Assembly: GCA_019310965.1 (NCBI GenBank)
Contig: JAFDDG010000007.1
Location: 62,240-126,239 of the forward strand
Reading direction: 5' to 3'
DNA from: Deltaproteobacteria bacterium
GTDB taxonomy: Bacteria > Myxococcota_A > UBA9160 > SMWR01
Length of the DNA: 64,000 bases
Made by a program: the position numbers and the translations under genes. The notes under the pieces are model-generated. The model was not told the origin of the DNA. It did no database searches and saw nothing but the letters and a program-made list of their open reading frames with translations. Below, piece by piece: positions 23,264-31,327 of this stretch. How positions within the stretch are numbered: position 1 is the first letter of the stretch; each line of letters opens with the position of its first letter.

Positions 23264-24991
23264 TCAGCGCGGGTTGTAGCCGATGGCGGCGCCGTCGCCG
23301 CGCGGATCGCTGCCCCCGAGATGCAGGCCCGTCTCCGCGTCGACCACGATCGACTGGGCGCTCGACCAGGGGCGCTTCGCCACCTCGACTTCGTGCCCGC
23401 GCTCCCGCAGACCTTCGACAATGGCCGGGGACAGCAACGGCTCTGCGAACACCTTGTTGGGGATCCACTGGTGGTGGTAGCGCGGCGCCGCCACCGCTTC
23501 CTGCACGTCCATCTCGAAGTCGACGACGTTCAGGATCGTGTGCAGGGTCGTGCTGATGATACGCGGGCCGCCGGGGCTGCCGGTCACCATGAAGATGCGA
23601 CCGTCGCGAGACACGATGGTGGGTGTCATGCTCGAGAGCGGGCGCTTGTTCGGCGCGATCGCGTTGGCGCCGCGCTTGTCGACGAGGCCGTAGATGTTCG
23701 GAGTGCCCGGCGCCTTCGAGAAGTCGTCCATCTCGTTGTTCAGCAGGATGCCGGTGCCCGGCACCGTGATCCCCGAGCCGAAGGGCGTGTTGATGGTCAT
23801 GGTGAGCGCCGCGGCGTTGCCGGCGGCGTCCGTCACCGAGAGGTGCGTCGTGCCCGAATCGTTCGCCGGCAGACCCGACCCCTTCACTTCGATGGCGCGG
23901 TCGCCCCGGGGCAAGACCTTCTTCCAAAAGGGCGGCTCGATGCGGCTGCGCAGGGTGGCGGCGTAGCGCTTCGACGTGAGACGGGACACCGGTACGCCGA
24001 CGAAATCGGGATCGCCGAGCCAGGCCGCCCGGTCCGCAAAGGCGAGCTTCATCGCCTCTGCAATGCGGTGGGCTGCGCGCGGCTGAGCCGGCCCGAGCTG
24101 GGCCAGGTCGAAGCCCTCGAGGATGTTCAGGATCTCCACCAGGGCCACTCCCCCGGAAGACGGCGGCGGAAACGACAGCACCTCGAGGTCGCGATAGCCG
24201 CCTTTGACGGGCTCGCGCAGCTTGGGCTCGTAGGCGGCGAGATCCTCGAGCGCGAGAATGCCGCCCCGGGCCTTCACGGTCTGGGCGATCTGCACGGCGA
24301 TCGCGCCGGTGTAGAAGGCATCCGGACCCTCGGCCGCGATCCGCCGCAGGACCCGAGCCAGATCGGGCTGCAGCAGCCTCCAGCCCTCCCGCGGCGCGGC
24401 GTTCTCCGGAGGGAATTGGATGCGCGCCGTCTCGGGGAAACGCTGCGGGAGCCCGACCTTTCGCATGTACTCGAGCATGCGCACGTGATAGCGACCGATG
24501 GCGAAGCCCTGCTCCGCGAGCTCGATGGCCGGGGCCAACACGTCGGCGAGCGGGCGCGTGCCCCACGTCTCGAGCGCCCGGGCCAGACCGCGCACGAAGC
24601 CGGGCGTCGCCACCGCGAGCCCGCCGGCCAGCGAGGCGCGTTCGGGGACACCCGGCCGCACGTACATGTCGCGATCGGCCGCAGCGGGGGCGGTTTCGCG
24701 TGCATCCAGCGCCCAGGTCGCACCCTCGGCGGTCTGCACCAGCAAGAATGCACCGCCGCCGAGGCCGGCGGAAAAGGGCTGGGTCACCGCCAGGGCGAAG
24801 GCCGTCGCCACGGCCGCGTCCACCGCATTGCCGCCGGCTGCGAGCAGCGCGAGGCCGGCGCGGGCGGCGTCCTCCTGGGACGCGACCACCATGCCGCGCG
24901 CGCCAGTCGCGGGTTGCGCCGCCGCCGGTGCCGCGCACAGGAGAAGAATGCAAACAGTCGATTGCGGGATCAACCCGTGGCGCCCGATCAT
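23264..24991 (-). CDS. ggt: Gamma-glutamyltranspeptidase
   Basis: The ATG at 24991 gives a signal peptide, MIGRHGLIPQSTVCILLLCAAPAAA. PFSAGLGGGAFLL and the autoprocessing site DSGTTHLSVTD are present. Confidence 0.9.
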   Translation of the reverse strand: MIGRHGLIPQSTVCILLLCAAPAAAQPATGARGMVVASQEDAARAGLALLAAGGNAVDAAVATAFALAVTQPFSAGLGGGAFLLVQTAEGATWALDARETAPAAADRDMYVRPGVPERASLAGGLAVATPGFVRGLARALETWGTRPLADVLAPAIELAEQGFAIGRYHVRMLEYMRKVGLPQRFPETARIQFPPENAAPREGWRLLQPDLARVLRRIAAEGPDAFYTGAIAVQIAQTVKARGGILALEDLAAYEPKLREPVKGGYRDLEVLSFPPPSSGGVALVEILNILEGFDLAQLGPAQPRAAHRIAEAMKLAFADRAAWLGDPDFVGVPVSRLTSKRYAATLRSRIEPPFWKKVLPRGDRAIEVKGSGLPANDSGTTHLSVTDAAGNAAALTMTINTPFGSGITVPGTGILLNNEMDDFSKAPGTPNIYGLVDKRGANAIAPNKRPLSSMTPTIVSRDGRIFMVTGSPGGPRIISTTLHTILNVVDFEMDVQEAVAAPRYHHQWIPNKVFAEPLLSPAIVEGLRERGHEVEVAKRPWSSAQSIVVDAETGLHLGGSDPRGDGAAIGYNPR

Positions 24992-25034
24992 CGATAAGCA
25001 ACCTACCACGGAGCCTCCGGAGGCAGGAACGGAA

Positions 25035-25682
25035 ATGGGCTGGAACGGTTTCGCGCGCGCAGGCCACCTCGTGGGCCTGTGCGGCGCACTGCTGGCGATC
25101 GCCTGCGGCGCAGAAGAGGAGCCCTCTGCGCCCCAGCCCGTGCAGGCGCCCTCGGCGCAGCTGCTCGACGGCCCCCACCCCATGGCGCGACTCGACCTGG
25201 GCGAGCTCGGCACGGTGCAGATCCAGCTGCTTCCGGAGATCGCACCCCAGACGGTCGCGCGCTTCGCAGAGCTCTCGAACGAGGGCTACTACGACGGCAC
25301 CACCTTCCACCGGGTGATCCCCGGCTTCATGATCCAGGGCGGCGACCCGCTCACACGCAACAACGACCCGCGCGACGACGGCAAGGGAGGCACCCCGGAC
25401 GTCCTTCCGGACGACTACAGCGATTTCCCCGCGCTGCGCGGCAGCGTGGCCATGGCCAATCGCGGTCACCCGAAGACCGCGCAGGGACAGTTCTTCATCG
25501 TTCACGCGGACTCGCGTCACCTGGACGGCAACTACACGATCTTCGGCCGGGTGGTCGAGGGCATCGAGGTGGTCGACGCCGTCACCGAGCTCGAAATCGA
25601 CACCTACGGGCGCTTCGGGCCGCTGAACCGCCCTTACCCCCGGGCAGCCCGCATCGCCTCGCTGCGCGTGGCCGGTCCCTAG
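25035..25682 (+). CDS. Cyclophilin-type peptidyl-prolyl isomerase, lipoprotein
   Basis: Lipobox LLAIAC, then FHRVIPGFMIQGGDP and GSVAMANRGHPKTAQGQFFI. Confidence 0.9.
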   Translation: MGWNGFARAGHLVGLCGALLAIACGAEEEPSAPQPVQAPSAQLLDGPHPMARLDLGELGTVQIQLLPEIAPQTVARFAELSNEGYYDGTTFHRVIPGFMIQGGDPLTRNNDPRDDGKGGTPDVLPDDYSDFPALRGSVAMANRGHPKTAQGQFFIVHADSRHLDGNYTIFGRVVEGIEVVDAVTELEIDTYGRFGPLNRPYPRAARIASLRVAGP

Positions 25683-25737
25683 GCATCCGAACCGCCTCGA
25701 CCCGCTCCCGGCGAGGAGCTAAATTTCTCCGCCCGGT

Positions 25738-25813
25738 GGCCCGGTAGCTCAGTTGGTAGAGCACTTGACTGAAAATCAGGGTGTCGGCAGTTCGATTCTG
25801 CCCTGGGCCACCA
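25738..25813 (+). tRNA. tRNA-Phe (GAA), CCA encoded
   Basis: 76 nt: GGCCCGGTAGCTCAGTTGGTAGAGCACTTGACTGAAAATCAGGGTGTCGGCAGTTCGATTCTGCCCTGGGCCACCA. It folds as a cloverleaf with a 7-bp acceptor stem (one G-U pair), anticodon loop CTGAAAA and T-loop GTTCGATTC. Confidence 0.95.
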
Positions 25814-25882
25814 CCTTTTCCAGCACCGACGGCGCGCAGCGTGCGTCTTGCTGACCGGCCATCGAGCCAGAGCCTCTGCGGC

Positions 25883-26083
25883 ATGGCGAGCCCGATCATC
25901 CGGCGCGTGGCGCGGGAACCCAGCGCAGCGCTCGTCGACCTCGAAAGCGTGTCCGACGAGATCTGCCGCGACGAGGCGTGCTCGAAGTACCTGTTTCCCG
26001 ACCAGCATGCCAACGCTCGCGGACACCGCAACGCCATCTTCCCGCGCGCCTTCACGCTTCCCAAAACGCTCGGCCAGGGTCGG
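25883..26083 (+). pseudogene. Possible remnant of a coding sequence next to tRNA-Phe
   Basis: About 67 codons (MASPIIRRVAREPSAALVDLESVSDEICRDEACSKYLFPDQHANARGHRNAIFPRAF...) have G/C-rich third positions. Codon quality collapses where the frame enters the antisense of the antiporter gene. There is no in-frame stop before 26407 and no family was recognised. Confidence 0.2.
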
Positions 26084-27094
26084 CTACCCGAGCACGTACA
26101 TCACGTAGAGATTCAGCAGATAGATGGTGACGAGCACCGCGCTGGCGCTTCCCATGCGCGGGAAGAGATTCTGTCGTGGGCGCACCAGCACCGCGAGCAT
26201 CGCGACGGCACTCATGGTGACGGCGGAGACGACGGACAGCAGGTGCAGCTCGGAGACGCCGGCCAGCAAGGGCCCCTCGCGGTACAGGACATCGAGGGGC
26301 ACCAGGATCAGGATGTTGAAGATGTTGCTGCCCAGGACGTTGCTCACGGCCAGGTTCGGCGCGCCCTGACGCAGCGCCGCCAGGGCCACGACGATCTCGG
26401 GAAGTGACGTGGCGAAGGCAATGAAGAGGGTCCCCGCGAAGGTGTCCTGCACGGCGAGCTGCACCGCGATTCGCTCGCCCACGAAGGGCAACCAGATGCC
26501 GGCAGCCACCACGGCCAGCGCAGCCAGGGCGAACCCCCGCCAGGCGCCCGCGGAATCCATCTCCGGCTCATCGATGACGCGATCGGCGAACTCGGGGTCG
26601 ACGAAGCGTCCCTCCTCCACCATCAGCGTGTGCACCGCCACCCAGTAGCCGAACAACAACACGGGGGTGTAGAGGCCGATGGAGGCGATTCCCGGGATCG
26701 CCCAGTCGATCCTGCCGAACATGCAGAAGCCGACCGTGCCGATCAGGAGCACGCCGAAGCACGCCGAGAGCACGTGGGTGCGGCTCACCCGGTCGTAGAG
26801 CGACACGCGCTCGAGCGCAAAGTCGAGGATCGCAATGATCATCACGTTGAAGACACAGCTGCCGAGGATCACACCGACGGCGATGTCCGGGGCGCGGGCG
26901 AACTGCACGGCGCTGACGCCCGTGACGAGCTCCGGCAGCGAGGTGACCGTCGCCAGCAAGAAGAGCCCGACCCCGGTGGTGCCGAGCCCCGTGTGATGGC
27001 CGATCGCCTCTCCACAGCGGGACAGTCGCGCTCCGCCGAAGGCGACCAACCCGAGTGCGGCGGCGAATTCGATCCAGACGGTCGACACGCCCAC
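26084..27094 (-). CDS. Ca2+/cation antiporter (CaCA, YrbG-like) family protein
   Basis: Two alpha-repeat motifs, TSLPELVTGVSAV and TSLPEIVVALAAL, with GSNIFNILILV. Polytopic. The start is GTG at 27094 or 27088. Confidence 0.8.
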   Translation of the reverse strand: MGVSTVWIEFAAALGLVAFGGARLSRCGEAIGHHTGLGTTGVGLFLLATVTSLPELVTGVSAVQFARAPDIAVGVILGSCVFNVMIIAILDFALERVSLYDRVSRTHVLSACFGVLLIGTVGFCMFGRIDWAIPGIASIGLYTPVLLFGYWVAVHTLMVEEGRFVDPEFADRVIDEPEMDSAGAWRGFALAALAVVAAGIWLPFVGERIAVQLAVQDTFAGTLFIAFATSLPEIVVALAALRQGAPNLAVSNVLGSNIFNILILVPLDVLYREGPLLAGVSELHLLSVVSAVTMSAVAMLAVLVRPRQNLFPRMGSASAVLVTIYLLNLYVMYVLG

Positions 27095-27182
27095 CCCATA
27101 GCGCAGTGACCGCAGAGCGGCATTCGCGGTAGCTTGTGCGCATGCGCGGCACCGCGAGCTTCTGCCACGCTCGCGGCGCCGC

Positions 27183-28550
27183 GTGAGCAGCGACGCCTCC
27201 GAGTCCCAGCGGGTGATCGGCCCGCTCGGCGGCTTCACCATCGTCGCGGGCTCCATGCTCGGCATCGGCATCTTCCTGTCCCCGCCAATCGTGGCCCGGC
27301 ACGTGGCAGACCCGCTGCTCTTCCTGGCGGTCTGGACGGCCGGTGGGCTCACCGCGCTGTCCGGGGCGGTGGCCTGCGCGGAGCTGGGCGTCCTGTTCCC
27401 CCGGGCCGGCGGCGACTACGTCTTTCAACGCGAGGCCTACGGGCCCTCGGTGGCATTCGCCAGCGGCTGGGCGCTGTTCGCAGCCATCTTCAGCGGCTCG
27501 ATCGCCACCATGACCGTGGCGCTCTGCACCTACCAGCTGCCGGCGCTGATCGGCATCGACCTCGGCGCGCACGTCTGGTCCCCGGGCGGGGGCCTGACGC
27601 TCTCGGGGGCGCAGCTCGCAGCGCTGGGGCTGATCCTGACCCTGACGGCGCTGAACACGGCGGGGGCCGGCCCCTCGAGCCGGACCCAGAGCGTGCTGAC
27701 CCTGCTGCCGATCGCGGTGCTGACGGTCTTCGCCGGCTTCGCCATCGCCCGCGGCGGCGCGCCGGCGGCGACGACCCCGGCCGCCACCGCCCCGCTGACG
27801 CTCGGCGGTCTGGTGCTGGCCTACAACGCGGTCTACTTCGCCTACTCGGGCTGGATCAACGTGATCTACGTCGGGGGCGAAGTCACGCGGCCTCAGCGCA
27901 ACATCCCCTTCGCGCTGATCGCCGGCACGCTCGTGGTCACCGCGCTCTACTTGCTCCTGTGCACGGCATTTCTGCGAGTTCTCGGACTCGGCGGCATCGG
28001 CGCCGCGATCGAGGCAGGCTCGGCGACGGCCGGCGCGCTGGGCGGCGACGCACTGCAGACCGGCCTCACACTGCTGATCGCCAGCGCGCTCCTGGCCAGC
28101 GTGAACGGCACCGTCCTCGGCGGCGCACGCGTTGCCGTCGCCATGGCCGAAGGCGGCGCCATCAGCCGGAGCCTCGCCGGCCTCGATCGGCGCAGCGGCG
28201 CGCCACGGCGCGCGCTTTGGCTGCAGGCTGCCATCGCCTGCGCGCTGGTGCTGAGCGGACGCTTCGAGGAGCTGCTCAACCTGGTGAGCCTGACGATGGT
28301 GCTGACCGGAACGCTCACCGTATCCTGCGTCTACGTGCTGCGACGGACGCGTCCCGAGCTGCCGCGCCCCTACCGCACCAGCGGCTACCCCTGGCTGCCG
28401 GGCATCTACGTCGTGTCGTCGATCGTGGTGATTGGCGTAATGCTCGAGCGCATGTTCGCCGGCGAACCGGACGCTGCGTATCCGCTGCTCGGGCTGGCGC
28501 TGTTCGCGATCGCCTACACCGCACACCGCCTGAGCGCGCGCCGCGGGTAA
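27183..28550 (+). CDS. APC-family amino acid permease
   Basis: 455 aa with about 12 hydrophobic segments. The N-terminal FTIVAGSMLGIGIF is typical of the APC family. Confidence 0.85.
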   Translation: MSSDASESQRVIGPLGGFTIVAGSMLGIGIFLSPPIVARHVADPLLFLAVWTAGGLTALSGAVACAELGVLFPRAGGDYVFQREAYGPSVAFASGWALFAAIFSGSIATMTVALCTYQLPALIGIDLGAHVWSPGGGLTLSGAQLAALGLILTLTALNTAGAGPSSRTQSVLTLLPIAVLTVFAGFAIARGGAPAATTPAATAPLTLGGLVLAYNAVYFAYSGWINVIYVGGEVTRPQRNIPFALIAGTLVVTALYLLLCTAFLRVLGLGGIGAAIEAGSATAGALGGDALQTGLTLLIASALLASVNGTVLGGARVAVAMAEGGAISRSLAGLDRRSGAPRRALWLQAAIACALVLSGRFEELLNLVSLTMVLTGTLTVSCVYVLRRTRPELPRPYRTSGYPWLPGIYVVSSIVVIGVMLERMFAGEPDAAYPLLGLALFAIAYTAHRLSARRG

Positions 28551-28930
28551 GATCGAATGCCCTGGCGCCGCGGACACTCGACTATCCTGTCCGCACCAGC
28601 TCCAGGAGACCTCCTTGCCGCAGCTGTCCCGGCTGCGCCGGCCCGTGCCTCTCGCAATGGAAGCTCAACAGCACGACGCTCTACCTCGATGAGCATCTCG
28701 GGGGGTCTGACATCGCGATCGATGCGCTGGAGCGGTTTCTCGCAGGTTGCGAGGAGAAGCGACCCCGCACGCCCAGACCGCATCCGGATGCACTTTCCCC
28801 TCGGGGAAGAACGCCCCACGGTGCCGGCTCCGGCTCACGCGTGTATACTTCGTTGCCCCCTGCGCCGGCACAGCTGGCGCCCCCCGACAGCCCAGTACCA
28901 TCTGAAGCTACCCAGAGGGTGGAGACGAGC

Positions 28931-29191
28931 ATGGCACGCAAGAGCAGGACCGCCGTACTGAAGCGCCAACGCGAGGCAAAGAAGGCCGAGAAGGCCTCCA
29001 TGAAGCGCGAGAAGCGCGAGATACGCGCCGAGGACGAGACTGGAGGCCAGGTCGCCACGACCGACGATCTCGCTGGCTACGGCTTTGCAGGCGACGAGGA
29101 CGACGCCGTCGAGGAACCTTCGGACGGCCCACCGCGGTCCCCATCCGCCCCCATCCGCCCCATCCGAGCGCAAGGAGATCGCCGTGGCTGA
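28931..29191 (+). CDS. Small hypothetical protein with a basic N-terminus and acidic centre (86 aa)
   Basis: The ATG is preceded by GGTGGAGA. The sequence is MARKSRTAVLKRQREAKKAEKASMKREKREIRAEDE...DEDDAVEE. Third positions are mostly G/C. The 3' end overlaps the NYN gene start by 8 nt. Confidence 0.4.
   Translation: MARKSRTAVLKRQREAKKAEKASMKREKREIRAEDETGGQVATTDDLAGYGFAGDEDDAVEEPSDGPPRSPSAPIRPIRAQGDRRG
29141..29170. repeat. Tandem 10-nt repeat CCATCCGCCC x2 plus a partial third copy
   Basis: ccatccgccc ccatccgccc catccgagcg is seen directly. It lies in the 3' end of the small ORF, 14 nt upstream of the NYN start. Confidence 0.85.
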
Positions 29192-29972
29192 AGAGCCCCG
29201 CATCGCCGTTTTCGTCGACTACGAGAATCTGGCCATCGGGGCGCGGAGCCTCAAGCAGGGCCAGTTTCGCATCGACCTGATCCTGCAGCGGCTGCTCGAG
29301 AAGGGCCGCATCGTCTACAAGCGCGCCTACTGCGACTGGGGCCACTACCGCAGCGCGGTGCGGGAGTTCCACACCCAGGGCATCGAGCTCGTCGACATCC
29401 CGCAGTCCAAGGCCAGCGGCAAGAACAGTGCCGACATCCGCATGGTGGTGGACGCCCTCGACCTGAGCCACCAGAAGGCGCACGTCGACATGTTCGCGTT
29501 GATCTCCGGCGACAGCGATTTCTCGCCGCTGGTCGCCAAGCTCAAGGAGAACGACAAGCGCGTGCTGGGCTGTGGCATCAAGAGCTCCACCTCGGAGCTG
29601 CTGATCAACAGCTGCGACGAGTTCATCTACTACGACGATCTGCTGCGCAAGTCCGAGAGCGAGAAGGCCAAGAAGAAGACGTCGAGTACCCGGCGCAAGA
29701 GCACCAGCAGCAAGAGCGACGGCGGACTGCTCGACGATGCCGCGGACAAGGTGCTCTCGATCGTGCGCTCTCTCGAGCGCGATTACGACACCGTCTGGGG
29801 CTCCATGGTGAAGCAGGCCACCCGCCGCGTGTACCCGGGCTTCAACGAGGAGTACTACGGGCACACCAGCTTCGCCGAGCTGCTGGAGGGGCTTCGCGAA
29901 GCGGGGGCCATCGAGCTCGACTTCGACAAGGAGCGCGGCAACTACGTCGTGCGTGCACCCCGGGCCGGCTGA
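29184..29972 (+). CDS. NYN-domain (LabA-like) ribonuclease-fold protein with a C-terminal OST-HTH/LOTUS domain
   Basis: The GTG is preceded by AAGGAGA. RIAVFVDYENL, AYCDW, KNSADIRMVVDA and LISGDSDFSPLV are NYN motifs. A K/S-rich linker follows, then SIVRSLERDYDTVWGSMVKQATRRVYPGFNEEYYGHTSFAELLE (OST-HTH). Confidence 0.8.
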   Translation: MAEEPRIAVFVDYENLAIGARSLKQGQFRIDLILQRLLEKGRIVYKRAYCDWGHYRSAVREFHTQGIELVDIPQSKASGKNSADIRMVVDALDLSHQKAHVDMFALISGDSDFSPLVAKLKENDKRVLGCGIKSSTSELLINSCDEFIYYDDLLRKSESEKAKKKTSSTRRKSTSSKSDGGLLDDAADKVLSIVRSLERDYDTVWGSMVKQATRRVYPGFNEEYYGHTSFAELLEGLREAGAIELDFDKERGNYVVRAPRAG

Positions 29973-29979
29973 ATCCGGC

Positions 29980-30753
29980 TCAATCCGCGGCGGGAAGCCG
30001 CGCGCGCAGCAGCCCGATCGACACGTCGAAGCCCCACTCGGGGCCGGTGCGCAGGGCGAAGTACTCGGTCACTGCCCGCGTGGCACCCCGGAACAGAGCG
30101 CGCAGCGCGGCGCGCTCGACCTCGGGTGTGCCGATGCGCTCGACCCAGTCCTCGAAGTCGAGGGGCACGGCGTAGGTGTCGAGATGCTCGGCCACGAAAC
30201 CCGCGGCGAGGAGCATGCTGCACCACTCGCTGATCCGGTGGTTGCGCACGTGGCAGCGGTCGCGCAGCAGCTCGATGGTGTTGAAAAAGGTGTCCTGGGC
30301 CGGATCTTCCGGCGCCACGCTGTCGACCAGCAAGAAGCGACCCCCGGGCCGCAACACCCGCGCCACCTCCAGCACGGCTTTGGCCGGGTCCGCAAAGTGG
30401 TGGGCACACACGCGGCAGGTCACGAGATCGAACGAATCGGCGGCGTAGGGAAGCGCCATCGCGTCGCCCTCGTCGAAGCGAACGTTGGCGACGCCGCGCT
30501 CGGCGGCCAGGCGCCGAGCCTCTTGGAGCATGGCCGGTGTGAAGTCGACCCCCACCACCTCGGCGACGAAGGGCGCGAACGCCAGCGCCGTATGCCCCGT
30601 GCCGGTGCCCACGTCGAGCACGCGTTCGCGGCCGTCGCAGAGCGCCGCGGCGAGCATGGCGTCGAGGTCCGGACTGATCTGATGGTACGAGCTCGTGGCG
30701 TAGCGAGCGGCGGCTGCGCCGAACTGCTGCTGGATCGCTTCTCGAGTCTCCAT
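29980..30753 (-). CDS. Class I SAM-dependent methyltransferase
   Basis: VLDVGTGTGHTAL (motif I), DAMALPYAADSFDLV and LRPGGRFLLVD. Confidence 0.85.
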   Translation of the reverse strand: METREAIQQQFGAAAARYATSSYHQISPDLDAMLAAALCDGRERVLDVGTGTGHTALAFAPFVAEVVGVDFTPAMLQEARRLAAERGVANVRFDEGDAMALPYAADSFDLVTCRVCAHHFADPAKAVLEVARVLRPGGRFLLVDSVAPEDPAQDTFFNTIELLRDRCHVRNHRISEWCSMLLAAGFVAEHLDTYAVPLDFEDWVERIGTPEVERAALRALFRGATRAVTEYFALRTGPEWGFDVSIGLLRARLPAAD

Positions 30754-30795
30754 ATGCCTCCCCTCTCGGCCGCCCCCGACGGTCGAGCCGTATGT

Positions 30796-30831
30796 TTGAC
30801 TTGAATTTATGATTAATTATTATTAAATATT
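30796..30831 (+). promoter_or_regulatory. AT-rich promoter/operator between the methyltransferase and marR
   Basis: TTGACT (30796-30801), a 16-nt spacer, then TATTAT (30818-30823), with the ATG at 30832. The inverted repeat TTAAT-N4-ATTAA (30813-30826) overlaps the -10. The surrounding genome is GC-rich, so this patch stands out. Confidence 0.4.
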
Positions 30832-31299
30832 ATGGCGAACGCCGCAACTCCTGCGAAACCGGTTTCCGACGAGATCCACCGCGCAATCGAAGCCCTGCAG
30901 CGCCTGTCCGAGCTGTTCGGGCAGCGACGCGCCCAGCTCGCCCGAGAGGCCGGCGTGACCGAGGCCCAGTGGCGCATGCTCGAGCAGGTCGACGACGCCG
31001 ACTTCCTGCCCTCCCTGTTCGCCCGCCAGCGCGCCTGCACCCCCGCCGCCGTCTCGCGCACCCTGCGCCAGCTCCTCGACGCGGACCTGGTGCGCGTCAG
31101 CATCGGCGCCGAAGATGGGCGCCAGCGCATCTATCAGCTCAGCGCCCGGGGCCGTCGCGTGCTGGGAGGCCTGCGGCAAGGCCGAGCAGCGGCCATCGCC
31201 AGCGTCTGGCAGCCCCTCGGCAAGCGCGCACTGGCACAGTTCGCGCGCTTCGCCGAAGGCCTGGCCGACCGGCTCGAGGCCTACGCCGACTCGGTGTAG
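30832..31299 (+). CDS. MarR-family transcriptional regulator
   Basis: 155 aa. The winged-helix core TEAQWRMLEQV...AAVSRTLRQLLDADLVRV...DGRQRIYQLSARG is present. Confidence 0.85.
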   Translation: MANAATPAKPVSDEIHRAIEALQRLSELFGQRRAQLAREAGVTEAQWRMLEQVDDADFLPSLFARQRACTPAAVSRTLRQLLDADLVRVSIGAEDGRQRIYQLSARGRRVLGGLRQGRAAAIASVWQPLGKRALAQFARFAEGLADRLEAYADSV

Positions 31300-31327
31300 G
31301 CAGGCGAGCCACTGGCACGGTGGCGCC

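Noticed and set aside
25738-30800. Genomic island integrated at tRNA-Phe
   Set aside because: I saw no integrase, no direct repeat of the tRNA 3' end and no compositional break. The downstream genes are ordinary transporters.
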